From contig PLZJ01000002.1 in assembly GCA_003152105.1 (NCBI GenBank), positions 405,682 to 469,681 on the forward strand: a stretch of 64,000 nucleotides of DNA. The letters are read 5' to 3'. Under the pieces are notes generated by a model. That model did no database searches, had not been told where the DNA came from, and saw only the letters and a program-made list of their open reading frames with translations. Every line of letters begins with the position of its first letter. The stretch's first letter is position 1. Shown here one piece after another: positions 49,437-59,158 of this stretch. This stretch comes from Candidatus Levyibacteriota bacterium (lineage in GTDB: Bacteria > Patescibacteriota > Microgenomatia > Levybacterales > UBA12049). Both the position numbers and the translations under genes were made by a program.

Positions 49437-50570
49437 ATGAATAAGAATCAATTATTTGTTTTAAATAAAGGATATCATTATGGGGTAAGGCCACTATTAT
49501 TTCGATTTCCTTCTGAAGCAGTGCATGAAGCATTAACCTCATTTGGTCAATTTTCTGGCAATAATAAGATTATCACTGAGATTCTTAGTAAATTTTTTAT
49601 AAATCAAGACAATTCTATAAAGCAATCTTTTTTTGGGATTCCATTTGTGAGTCCTATCGGTCTTTCTGCTGGATTTGATTATAGAGCAGAGCTAACCCAA
49701 GTTACGCCTGTTTTAGGTTTTGGATTTGAAACGATAGGAACGATTACGAATTATCCATATAAAGGTAATTCGAGTCCAAGGCTTGGAAGATTGGTGCGCT
49801 CAAAGTCACTGCTAGTAAATAAAGGATTTAAAAATGAGGGAATTAAGAAAGTTATTTCGAAATTATCGGGAAAACATTTTTCAATTCCAATTGGACTGAG
49901 TATAGGAAGAACAAATTCAACAGCACTTTCTACACAAAAAAAATCAGTCGAAGATATATGTTCTGCATTTACAATTGCGGAATCATCAGGTATCCCCTTT
50001 TCGTATTACGAATTAAATATTAGTTGTCCAAATCTTTATGGAAATATTTCTTTTTATAGTAAGCAAAATTTAACTGAATTACTTCGTGCTGTTACAAAGT
50101 TACCATTAGCAAAACCACTTTTTATAAAAATGCCAATTGATAAAACAAACGTTGAAATAAAGAAAATATTACATGTTATTGTAGGCTTTGCGGTATCTGG
50201 AGTAATATTCGGAAATTTACAAAAAGACAGAAAAGACCCTGCACTAGTGCAAAGTGAAGTAGATAAATACCCTATCGGAAATTTTAGTGGCAAACCAACT
50301 CAGAAAAGATCCGATGAATTAATTGCATATGCATATAAACATTTTGGAGATAAATTATTGATTATTGGGTGCGGAGGCGTTTTTAGCGCTGAAGATGCAT
50401 ATCAAAAAATTCGTCGAGGGGCATCTCTTATACAACTTATTACTGGTCTCATATTTGTCGGACCCCAGCTAATATGTGAGATAAATTGTGGACTTTCTGA
50501 ACTGTTAAAGAGAGATGGGTTTTCGCATATATCTGAGGCAATCGGTATTGATGTAAAATCAGCTAGTTGA
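49437..50570 (+). CDS. pyrD: Dihydroorotate dehydrogenase, class 2 type
   Basis: E.VH N-terminal helix, GLSAGFD, GN..PRL, NISCPN, SGKP, GCGG. Confidence 0.88.
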   Translation: MNKNQLFVLNKGYHYGVRPLLFRFPSEAVHEALTSFGQFSGNNKIITEILSKFFINQDNSIKQSFFGIPFVSPIGLSAGFDYRAELTQVTPVLGFGFETIGTITNYPYKGNSSPRLGRLVRSKSLLVNKGFKNEGIKKVISKLSGKHFSIPIGLSIGRTNSTALSTQKKSVEDICSAFTIAESSGIPFSYYELNISCPNLYGNISFYSKQNLTELLRAVTKLPLAKPLFIKMPIDKTNVEIKKILHVIVGFAVSGVIFGNLQKDRKDPALVQSEVDKYPIGNFSGKPTQKRSDELIAYAYKHFGDKLLIIGCGGVFSAEDAYQKIRRGASLIQLITGLIFVGPQLICEINCGLSELLKRDGFSHISEAIGIDVKSAS

Positions 50571-50600
50571 AAATTATAGTAAATATAGTTATACTATAAA

Positions 50601-50694
50601 TACATCAAGAGCGGTAGCTAACACTACCCGGCAACCGATTGAAACGGTGCCTATATCCCTTAATAAGGATAGATGTGGTCATACAGCATATGAC
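50601..50694 (+). ncRNA. SAM-I/IV-like riboswitch aptamer
   Basis: P1 TACATC/GATGTG, ATCAAGAG, short P2, GGCAACC..GGTGC core, P4 TATCC/GGATA, P5 GTCATA/TATGAC; upstream of metK; promoter TTGAAA-17-TATACT at 50567-50595. Confidence 0.85.
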
Positions 50695-50701
50695 AAACAT
50701 T

Positions 50702-50727
50702 ACCTCTTGATAGCAAGAGGTTTTTTT
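50702..50727 (+). terminator. Riboswitch attenuator terminator
   Basis: ACCTCTTG-ATAG-CAAGAGGT followed by a T-run abutting the metK ATG. Confidence 0.8.
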
Positions 50728-51840
50728 ATGGGCAATTATCAATTTACTTCGGAATCAGTTTGCGCAGGACATCCAGATAAGATTTGTGATCAAATTAGTG
50801 ATGCAATTGTTGATGAAGTAATAAGAAACGATAAAAATGGCAGAGTAGCAGTTGAAACAATGGTTACAAAAAATAGAGTGATAATAGTTGGCGAAATATC
50901 AACTAGCGCAAAAATACACATAAAACGCATTGCTCGAGAACAAATAAAAAGATTGGGCTATAACGATAACTCGCTACATTTTACAAACAAATCGCCAATC
51001 GAGGTATACATTCAAAAACAATCAAACGAAATAGCGATTGGTGTTGATAATGATGGAGCTGGAGATCAAGGACTTATGTTTGGTTACGCTTGTTTAGATA
51101 CCGATATTTTCATGCCAATTTCTATAACCATAGCGCATAAGCTTGCTTATGAGATTGATAAAGCACGAGAAACAAAAGCACTTCCATATCTTCGTCCAGA
51201 TGGGAAAACACAAGTAACAGTTTCTTATAAAAATGGCGTTCCAGATAAAGTTGTGTCGGTTATCGTAGCCGTCCCGCATAGTGAAGATGCAAAACTTGAT
51301 CAAGTAAAAGACGACATTTATAAAAAAATTATTTTACCAACACTTTTGAAATATAATTTCACCATTGATCAAAATCATGTGGTAATTAATGGTACTGGTG
51401 CTTGGCATATTGGAGGACCTTCTTCTGACTCAGGACTTACAGGAAGAAAAATAGTTGTGGATACATATGGAGGTTATGCGAGAGTTGGAGGAGGATGCTT
51501 TTCAGGTAAAGATCCTACAAAAGTAGATAGGTCTGGAGCATACGCGGCACGGTATATTGCAAAAAATATCGTTGCCGCCAAGTTAGCAGAGAAAGTTGAA
51601 GTAAGTCTTGCCTATTTTATCGGCGCCAAAAAACCAGTTATGAGTGAAATAGAAACATTTGGTTCAGAAAAAAAATCAAAAAAAATAATTTCAGATTTTG
51701 CAAATGGTTTGCTTGACACTTCGGTTAAAGGTATTTTGCAAGGCTTGTCACTTAGGAGACCTTTATATCTAAAAACCGCAGCTTATGGTCATTTTGGGAG
51801 AGAAGAGTTTCCATGGGAGAAAATTAGTAAGCGGATATAA
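50728..51840 (+). CDS. metK: S-adenosylmethionine synthetase
   Basis: FTSESV..GHPDK, GAGDQG, GGGCFSGKD; true start ATG 50728. Confidence 0.96.
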   Translation: MGNYQFTSESVCAGHPDKICDQISDAIVDEVIRNDKNGRVAVETMVTKNRVIIVGEISTSAKIHIKRIAREQIKRLGYNDNSLHFTNKSPIEVYIQKQSNEIAIGVDNDGAGDQGLMFGYACLDTDIFMPISITIAHKLAYEIDKARETKALPYLRPDGKTQVTVSYKNGVPDKVVSVIVAVPHSEDAKLDQVKDDIYKKIILPTLLKYNFTIDQNHVVINGTGAWHIGGPSSDSGLTGRKIVVDTYGGYARVGGGCFSGKDPTKVDRSGAYAARYIAKNIVAAKLAEKVEVSLAYFIGAKKPVMSEIETFGSEKKSKKIISDFANGLLDTSVKGILQGLSLRRPLYLKTAAYGHFGREEFPWEKISKRI

Positions 51841-51868
51841 ATTAAGCATACGTTTTTTTACATAATTC

Positions 51869-52414
51869 CTAAAGAGTAGCAATTTTTAGCACAGTATTCC
51901 AGTTTCTTGTAGTGATATTTTTACCAAGTGCGTTTTCCAATACTTTCATTGCGTCAGTAGTATTGTTGTTATTGGATAGTTCTAGTTTCCAACATATACT
52001 GTTTTTGAAAAATGAAACACATTCAATAAAGGATGTAGTTGGAATCTTTGTTTTATGCGCAGAATCTGTCGCATTCTCTGAAAGAAACGTTACATAAAAG
52101 CGAGTTGTTGCGATTAACTCGTATGAAGAAAAAGGTTTAGTTGCAATTAGTTTTTGCATATCAGATTGTTGACAAATAAAAGTATTAATTTTGCTATGAA
52201 ACGTTTCCAAAATACTTGCTTCAATTAGTTCTTTAAGAATATGTAGTTGTGTTTTTTTAGTGGTAAAACAAACATTGCCGCTGTTTAATATAGTTTTAAC
52301 GCTTGTAAAGCCTAAACGAGAAAACATGTCTTGGAGTTTATCCATCGGGATGCTATTTTTGCCGCCAACATTTATGCCACGAAGTAAAGATACATATCGT
52401 ATTTGATCTGTCAT
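51869..52414 (-). CDS. DUF1697 family protein
   Basis: LLRGINVGG, SGN, T.RNWNT. Confidence 0.9.
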   Translation of the reverse strand: MTDQIRYVSLLRGINVGGKNSIPMDKLQDMFSRLGFTSVKTILNSGNVCFTTKKTQLHILKELIEASILETFHSKINTFICQQSDMQKLIATKPFSSYELIATTRFYVTFLSENATDSAHKTKIPTTSFIECVSFFKNSICWKLELSNNNNTTDAMKVLENALGKNITTRNWNTVLKIATL

Positions 52415-52426
52415 TGTGTTGTAGTT

Positions 52427-52738
52427 TTAATTTGTTTTCCAAAGTGAAGTTGTTAAATTTACGTTATTTTTTGTGAAATCAACTCCTTCTTCCTTGAGGA
52501 GTAGTTTTTTAGCTTGAATGCCATTTCCAAATGTATATCCAGTAAGCTTTCCATTTGATCCAACTACCCGGTGACAAGGAACAATTGTTTTGTCTGGATT
52601 ATGTTTCATTAGCATACCTACTGCTCTTGCTGCTTTTGGTTTTCCAGCAAGAGTTGCCAACTGTTTATATGTTGCAACTTTACCTTTGGGAATTTTACTT
52701 GCAATGTGATAAACGTTTGTCGCAAATGTGGATTGCAT
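52427..52738 (-). CDS. MGMT/Ogt C-terminal domain protein
   Basis: IP.GKV.TY, ARAVG, PCHRVV with the active Cys. Confidence 0.9.
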   Translation of the reverse strand: MQSTFATNVYHIASKIPKGKVATYKQLATLAGKPKAARAVGMLMKHNPDKTIVPCHRVVGSNGKLTGYTFGNGIQAKKLLLKEEGVDFTKNNVNLTTSLWKTN

Positions 52739-52809
52739 AGAAGTATAGTAGTAAATATTTGAAAAAATGTCCAGTAGAAAAGGGAAAAGGATCTGGGTAT
52801 ACTTTAAGT

Positions 52810-53544
52810 ATGGTGGAGCAAGAATTGAATGCTCAAGAAGATAAAGACCCTAAGAAACACACCGTTTCACAAACGATTGCAAGGGTAGTTTTGGGTGTTT
52901 TAGTTGCAGCAATACTTCTTGTAGGCGGGTATATGCTTGGATATCATCCACCAACTACAGATTCAACTTCAGTTTCTGTAGGCGTAACAAATACGCAATC
53001 ACTGCCTACCATAACTCCAATCATCTCAAGTAATGGTTCTATCGGTGCCTCCGCGTCAGCATTACCAAAATCTTTGCCAACTATTACTAGTTCGAAGGTA
53101 GTATTAATAGGCGGGACTTCATATAGTGGAGTGGAGCCATATAAGTCATTTACTACCAATTTGTTAACAGGTTGGACTGAACAAAAAGAAACGATAGGAA
53201 ATGGTTTTAATGTGAGTATTACAAACGGTGATTATCAAATAACCATATCTGAACAAGCAGGCGGAATTGCCAGTTGTATATATCCTGGTGATACTCAAAA
53301 GTCACAGTCAGCCTTATTTTTAAGTCCTACTAAAGTCCCAGGATATTTAGGAAGTGCAACATATGACAGAGCAGAGCAAAAAGGAGTAACCACATCAGGC
53401 AGTAGAAAATATTTGTTTTGCCAGTTAAAAGGCAATGTATTTCAAATGCCAACTGATTATGGATATATAACGTATACTATTCCGCAAAACCCATCAACAC
53501 AGCTCCTTTCAGAAATGGATACGATAATAGAACAAATACATTAA
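52810..53544 (+). CDS. Membrane-anchored hypothetical protein
   Basis: TM helix, S/T-rich linker, globular C-domain; start after TATACT. Confidence 0.65.
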   Translation: MVEQELNAQEDKDPKKHTVSQTIARVVLGVLVAAILLVGGYMLGYHPPTTDSTSVSVGVTNTQSLPTITPIISSNGSIGASASALPKSLPTITSSKVVLIGGTSYSGVEPYKSFTTNLLTGWTEQKETIGNGFNVSITNGDYQITISEQAGGIASCIYPGDTQKSQSALFLSPTKVPGYLGSATYDRAEQKGVTTSGSRKYLFCQLKGNVFQMPTDYGYITYTIPQNPSTQLLSEMDTIIEQIH

Positions 53545-53608
53545 TTGAAGCTAAACGTTTAATAGATGAGCTATTGACAAGGAAAAATTTATCATATATT
53601 CTTTATAT

Positions 53609-54010
53609 ATGCACTACAACTCACAACAAGCAGCCATGGGAATATTTGGAGGAATTTTCTTCATAATTTATTTAGTAGTTTTGGTTTTTATGATCGTGAC
53701 CATGTGGAAAGTATATACAAAAGCAGGTCAGCCAGGGTGGGCAGTACTTATTCCAGTTTACAATTTTTATATCCTTTTAAAAATTATCGGTAGACCAACA
53801 TGGTGGTTATTTTTACTGCTTCTTCTCTTTATACCAGGTGTGAATTTTCTTGTAGGACTTGTGCTTGGAATACTCATTGCATTAGATATGGCAAAAGTTT
53901 TTGGAAAAACTACGATATTTGCAGTTATAGGTCTTTGGCTTTTTGCAATTGTTGGTTATCCAATGCTTGCATGGGGTAATGCAAAGTATACAGCCCCTAA
54001 AACTTCTTAA
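53609..54010 (+). CDS. DUF5684 family membrane protein
   Basis: WKV.TKAG.PGW...IP.YN, FGK, LAWG.A.Y. Confidence 0.85.
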   Translation: MHYNSQQAAMGIFGGIFFIIYLVVLVFMIVTMWKVYTKAGQPGWAVLIPVYNFYILLKIIGRPTWWLFLLLLLFIPGVNFLVGLVLGILIALDMAKVFGKTTIFAVIGLWLFAIVGYPMLAWGNAKYTAPKTS

Positions 54011-54100
54011 GTACTTATTATAATTTCTTTACAACTATTTTTTACCATATAATGGTTTTAACTCTTGTATTTTAAATAAAGTGTGATAATATAATCCTGC

Positions 54101-54757
54101 ATGTATAAAAAAATACTACTTGTTATAATTCTTTTAATCCTTCTTATTGGTCTAGGCGGACTTCTTTTACATCATAAATCAAATCAACCAATTGCTATGA
54201 AAGCGACTACGACTCCCGTTGCAATGAAGCAAACACATCCAATAACGCAAGAAGGTTCGTTAAAAAGTCTTCTAGCACTGGGAGGAGCAAAAAAGTGTAC
54301 TTTTTCAAATTCAGATACGCAAAATTCCGTCTCAGGTACAGTATATGTTTCTGATGGGAAAATGAGAGGTGATTTCCTTTCAAAATCAGTCAGTGCAAAC
54401 GTAACAGGCCATATGATTATGGATAGCGGTTATATGTATATATGGAATGATGAAACAAATCAGGGAATGAAAATGGCATTTAATCCAAATCAAGAAATTA
54501 CCCCGGTCCCAAATCATAATAGTCAGGCACCAAACTTGAATCAATCCGTATCTTATTCATGTGGTAGCTGGTCTGCAGATCAGTCAATGTTTGCCATCCC
54601 AACTAATATAACTTTTAGTTCTATAACGATTCCATCAGGTGTCCCATCAACGTCTGGAGCAAATGCATCGTCAGGTAATTCTGTGTCTTGTTCAACATGC
54701 AATGCAATACCTGCTGGTCCTGGTAGAGATGCTTGTCGAGCACAACTTCACTGTTAA
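54101..54757 (+). CDS. Membrane-anchored exported hypothetical protein
   Basis: N-terminal TM, beta-rich core (GKMRGDF, Y.W), Cys-rich tail. Confidence 0.7.
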   Translation: MYKKILLVIILLILLIGLGGLLLHHKSNQPIAMKATTTPVAMKQTHPITQEGSLKSLLALGGAKKCTFSNSDTQNSVSGTVYVSDGKMRGDFLSKSVSANVTGHMIMDSGYMYIWNDETNQGMKMAFNPNQEITPVPNHNSQAPNLNQSVSYSCGSWSADQSMFAIPTNITFSSITIPSGVPSTSGANASSGNSVSCSTCNAIPAGPGRDACRAQLHC

Positions 54758-54821
54758 TAGTAATCCTCATTTCTCATATTGCGCTGTATACAGGCATTGT
54801 TTTTCATACTAAAATAGATAT

Positions 54822-56507
54822 ATGGCTGAAATCGTATCAGTAGAAAGTGTTGAACCAGTTAGCTTTATTAGTGCTCCTCTTACATGGTTTAAGCAAAATA
54901 ACAAGTTTACAAAGTTACTCATAATAACCATTATCCTGCTTATAATAGTTGGACCGACCGTAATATCAGCAGTGTTTTTTGGTAATGCGCAGACCACACA
55001 AACTTCTTTGCAAACAGAATTTGGCATACAAATTTCCTTAAAAGATAGTACTTTGCCAACAGCTAATCAAATAGCACAAATATCTCCTTCTTGGATACGA
55101 TTTGTAATACTTGGAAATTGTACATTTCCTTCAAATTTACCTAGCAGTAGTAAAAAACTTGTCGTTTTTAACAATCAGTCGTGTAACAATAAGGCACCTC
55201 TTGGATCTACCGATCAAGCTATATGGGATGCTTATATTACAAATTACTACTTACCTTCACTATCTCGGTTTCTTGCAGAAAAGCTACCTGTGAACGCAAT
55301 TGAAATATGGAATGAAGAAGATATTTGTCCAAACACCACTTCATATTGTCCCAAAATACCTCCAGCTATTTATGCTTCTCTTGTTTCTCAAGCTGCTTTG
55401 GTTATAAAAGATTATAATGCAAAAAACAATACTGCAATAAAAGTAGTTATGGGTGGACTTGCATCAGGAAACCCAACATATGTTCAAAATGTACTTGCTG
55501 CAGATAAGAATAGCCTAGAAAATGTTGATGCAATCGGTATTCATCCGTATGGAAAAACTCCTGATCCAAATTGGTGGAGTGGAAAAAGTGGAACATTTTC
55601 GCAAACAATCCTTTCCTACCAACATGTAACAAGTATTCCGTTATGGGTTACAGAAATCGGATATGGCACGCTAGACACAAATTGGCAAACGCAATATTTA
55701 CAAAAAACGTTTTCCTATTTTCAAAGTCAACATATTCCAGTTGTAATTTGGTATATTTGGACAGATGCAGATGCAGGCGGAGATGGAAGTTTGGATTGGG
55801 GACTTTTTGATACTAGTGGAAACATTAAGCCAAGCGGTAAGGAGTTTGCTTCATTTACAAATCTTTCTCAAGGTGGGACAAAACTACATGTATATATTTC
55901 ACTGCAATTTATAAATGAAAAAGGTGGTAAAAGCGCTGACGGAACAGTACTAAAAATAAACAACGCACCAGTACATACAAGCCAGGAACTCGATGTATAT
56001 TTATATAAAGTAGGAGGGACATATAATCCTGAAAACGATCCAAAAAGCATCCATGCGAATCCTTCAGAAACTATACCGGGAGCACTTATTTATAATGCTG
56101 AGCAGGGTGTTTATACCTCTGATGATCCAAGAGCAAGTGTAATTCCACCAATACCCGAAAGTATATCGGGAAAGTATTTGATTGCTGTAAAAGTTCCAGG
56201 ATATCTAAAAAAAGATTATGGAACTATCACAATTCCAAGTAACGCTGCGGGTGCACAAAATATTACTTTAGGAAGCATGACCTCTCCCATACAACTTATC
56301 GCAGGTGATGTAGATGGAGATGGGATAATTGGGTTATTTGATTACAATGAGCTTATTGCATGTTTTCCAGGTGCTAAAAATAGTCAGATTTGTGACCCAA
56401 CTCTCGCAGATTTAAATGATAAACCTATTCCTAAAGATAGTTTGCAAGCAGGAAATCTGTGGGCTGAGGAATTATCTTTATTACTCCAAAATATTCACGG
56501 AATGTAA
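54822..56507 (+). CDS. Membrane-anchored clan GH-A glycoside hydrolase with dockerin-like motif
   Basis: EIWNEE, HPY, WVTEIG; C-terminal AGDVDGDGIIGLFDYN. Confidence 0.78.
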   Translation: MAEIVSVESVEPVSFISAPLTWFKQNNKFTKLLIITIILLIIVGPTVISAVFFGNAQTTQTSLQTEFGIQISLKDSTLPTANQIAQISPSWIRFVILGNCTFPSNLPSSSKKLVVFNNQSCNNKAPLGSTDQAIWDAYITNYYLPSLSRFLAEKLPVNAIEIWNEEDICPNTTSYCPKIPPAIYASLVSQAALVIKDYNAKNNTAIKVVMGGLASGNPTYVQNVLAADKNSLENVDAIGIHPYGKTPDPNWWSGKSGTFSQTILSYQHVTSIPLWVTEIGYGTLDTNWQTQYLQKTFSYFQSQHIPVVIWYIWTDADAGGDGSLDWGLFDTSGNIKPSGKEFASFTNLSQGGTKLHVYISLQFINEKGGKSADGTVLKINNAPVHTSQELDVYLYKVGGTYNPENDPKSIHANPSETIPGALIYNAEQGVYTSDDPRASVIPPIPESISGKYLIAVKVPGYLKKDYGTITIPSNAAGAQNITLGSMTSPIQLIAGDVDGDGIIGLFDYNELIACFPGAKNSQICDPTLADLNDKPIPKDSLQAGNLWAEELSLLLQNIHGM

Positions 56508-56519
56508 CTAAAAAGAAGC

Positions 56520-57047
56520 TTACTGTTTAACAATATGCCATGTACCACCAACACCATCACCGTTTATGTCGCCTGCATTTGTATCGCTGGCAAAATAATA
56601 TAATGGTTTATTATCCCAGGCAAATTGTTGTGATCCATCCGAACGTTTTATAACACTAATATGTGCTGGAAATGTTGATTGCGCAGTTGCACCAGAAGAG
56701 TAAGGTGGCCAAGCTTGAGCACATCCCCCATTACAATTGCTTACGCCAGAAGAATCCTTATCAAATGTATAAAGCGTTTTTCCTTGAAAATCAGTTACAT
56801 AAGACCCTTTTGATGCACTCGATTTAACAAGATATATATTTGAAGAATTTGTATTTGTAGTAGATTTTGGCGCTTTTTGTTGACTTTGTGTTGGATTATT
56901 TCCTGTTGTATAGGAGTAAGAAGAACCTTTTTTCGCAAAAACAAAATAGTAAATAAGTCCGTATATGAAAATAGCAATTATTACATAAAGAACTATCCAT
57001 TGCCACATTGGGCGTTTTCCATAGCCTTGTGATTTCTCTTCGTCCAT
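56520..57047 (-). CDS. Secreted Y-x4-D repeat protein (paralog of 40294-40725)
   Basis: LYTFDKD, C.GGC...WP, PLYYFASD; N-terminal GYGKRP.WQW anchor; start ATG 57047. Confidence 0.85.
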   Translation of the reverse strand: MDEEKSQGYGKRPMWQWIVLYVIIAIFIYGLIYYFVFAKKGSSYSYTTGNNPTQSQQKAPKSTTNTNSSNIYLVKSSASKGSYVTDFQGKTLYTFDKDSSGVSNCNGGCAQAWPPYSSGATAQSTFPAHISVIKRSDGSQQFAWDNKPLYYFASDTNAGDINGDGVGGTWHIVKQ

Positions 57048-57142
57048 TGATTTGATAATGACACGCAGTGCTTCTTTTGTCAATATAAAAAACGCAGGTA
57101 TCTATTGTTAGAACTTGGTATTATTTTGTTATAATGCTTTGT

Positions 57143-58093
57143 ATGCAAAAACTTTCAATAATCGGAGTGCCAATGGATCTAGGCGCAGAAAATATCGGGG
57201 TTGCAAGTGGACCTGATTCGCTAAGAGAGAATGAAATAATCCAAAAGCTAACTGATGCAGGTTTTAAAATTACCGATCTTGGAAATATTACTGTAAAGGA
57301 AAGAGCGAGTTTGTCAATTGAAAATCCCCGCGCAAAATATATTTCAGAAATATGTAGAGTATCCTTGGAGCTTGCAGAAAAAGTAAAAGCAACGGTATTA
57401 AAAAACGAGAAAGTCTTAGTAATTGGTGGGGATCATTCAGTTTGTCTTGGAGCTGTTTCTGGAGCATCTGTTGCACTGTCAGGAAATCTAGGATTAATTT
57501 ACATTGATGCTCATGGAGATATGAATACAAGCAAAACTACTTTAACCGGAAATATACATGGTATGCATCTTGCGTCTCTTCTTGGATTTGGGGATAAGAA
57601 ATTAAAACATATACTAGATACTACCGTTAAAGTAAAAAAAGACTTTCTTTTATTAATTGGGGGAAATGATTTTGATAAAGCAGAATTAGAGCTAGTTAGA
57701 AATGAAAAACTGGATTCAATATTTATGAAAGATATTTTATCTAAGGGCTTCTATCAGGTTTTTGAAAAAATTACGATGCTTTCAAAAAATGCAAGCAACA
57801 TATGGGTAAGTTTAGATTTAGATTCAATAGATAGTGTCTATGCGCCGGCAGCTGCAATGCCAAATAAAGCAGGATTTACTTATCGCGAAATTACAATTTT
57901 ATGTGAAGAGATAGGCAAATCATGCAATGTAATGGGAGTTGATCTAGTAGAATATAATCAACAGTTTGATGTCAATGAAAAGACTGCTGAGCTTGCAATA
58001 GAACTTATTATAAAGTTGTTTGGATCAAATTATAGTTGGTATACAAAATATCTAGAAAAGAATAAAACACACGATTGGAATAATAAAAAGTAA
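57143..58093 (+). CDS. Arginase family ureohydrolase
   Basis: GGDHS, DAHGD, GNIHGM, SLDLDSID, VEYN. Confidence 0.9.
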   Translation: MQKLSIIGVPMDLGAENIGVASGPDSLRENEIIQKLTDAGFKITDLGNITVKERASLSIENPRAKYISEICRVSLELAEKVKATVLKNEKVLVIGGDHSVCLGAVSGASVALSGNLGLIYIDAHGDMNTSKTTLTGNIHGMHLASLLGFGDKKLKHILDTTVKVKKDFLLLIGGNDFDKAELELVRNEKLDSIFMKDILSKGFYQVFEKITMLSKNASNIWVSLDLDSIDSVYAPAAAMPNKAGFTYREITILCEEIGKSCNVMGVDLVEYNQQFDVNEKTAELAIELIIKLFGSNYSWYTKYLEKNKTHDWNNKK

Positions 58094-58174
58094 TGTTTAC
58101 GGTAAATAATTAAATATTATTCCACTAAATCACGCATTCCACGTTATAACTACGATTTAACATTGAGTAAAAAC

Positions 58175-58684
58175 TTATTGAGTAGTAACAGTAAAGGTAC
58201 TACTCGAACTTGTTCCATTACTGTTTATAACTTCGATAGGGTAATTTCCCGGGACTGTTTGCTGCAAGAAAATTGCCATACAATGAGCAACTTGCTGATC
58301 ATGAGTTGAAAAATCAGGTCCATTACAGCCTCCTTCAGCGGTCAGCGGTACCGTAAAAGTTAAATGTGTGCCGTCACTTGAGGCTATGTTGCCAAGATAT
58401 GCCCGTCCAAATTGGATAAAATTGTCAGAAGTAAAATGTTGACCGGTAATTGTGACTTGCGTGTTTATAGGACCTGAGGTTGGATACATTGAAATCGAAT
58501 TATCTTTTTTTGGAGATTGAGATGGATTTTGTTTAATGAGAACAGTTTGAACGATAGTTGGACTTACTAATTTTTGATATTCCATACCTAGATAAAAGCC
58601 AAAAAATGGAAAGAGAATAAAAAGAAGTAATGCAAGTAATTTTGAAAATGTAGTTACCGTAGTTAAGGATGTGGGTAGCTTCAT
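58175..58684 (-). CDS. Membrane-anchored IPT/TIG domain protein
   Basis: TTVT.FSK.LAL anchor; P.SGP..T.VTITG..F, FTVP, F.V. Confidence 0.75.
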   Translation of the reverse strand: MKLPTSLTTVTTFSKLLALLLFILFPFFGFYLGMEYQKLVSPTIVQTVLIKQNPSQSPKKDNSISMYPTSGPINTQVTITGQHFTSDNFIQFGRAYLGNIASSDGTHLTFTVPLTAEGGCNGPDFSTHDQQVAHCMAIFLQQTVPGNYPIEVINSNGTSSSSTFTVTTQ

Positions 58685-58717
58685 GTGTGTTTGATGATTC
58701 ATTTTTGTACGCTAGTT

Positions 58718-59131
58718 TTACTTTTTTGTATTCAATTCTTGCAGCGGTAATTGTCTTACTGGAACTTCTTTTCCATCAACATATCCTAAATGATATTCTC
58801 CTTCTTTATTTTTGTCGCGGAAAAAACCTCTACCACTTTTTGCTTGATAGCGAAGGTGCATTGTGCCAACTATTCCTTCATCCAATGGGCTACTAGCATC
58901 ATTTCTTGTGACCTGTACTGCTATATCAACAATGACTCTTCCATCTGCGTTTTTTGTAAATGTTGGCTTTAGCGGCAATTGAGTGCAAAGTAATTCACCG
59001 TGGGCTACTGTATGAATATCACCACTGCCAAACTCATATAAATGAGTCCCTTGTCTAATAGTATATGTCTTCGGTTTTTGTTTTTCTTTGGGGGCTTCTT
59101 TGCTTGCGTGTTCAGGTGAAATTGCAGTCAT
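58718..59131 (-). CDS. Hypothetical protein
   Basis: 137-aa ORF with TGCTATAAT 6 nt before the ATG. Confidence 0.6.
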   Translation of the reverse strand: MTAISPEHASKEAPKEKQKPKTYTIRQGTHLYEFGSGDIHTVAHGELLCTQLPLKPTFTKNADGRVIVDIAVQVTRNDASSPLDEGIVGTMHLRYQAKSGRGFFRDKNKEGEYHLGYVDGKEVPVRQLPLQELNTKK

Positions 59132-59158
59132 AGCTTTATTATAGCAAACAATGACTTA

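Noticed and set aside
50647-50727. N-terminal extension of MetK in the ORF track
   Set aside because: Overlaps the riboswitch and terminator; homology begins at ATG 50728
58094-58174. dif-like site between convergent genes
   Set aside because: Only a partial TGTTAAAT match, without a correctly spaced XerC arm
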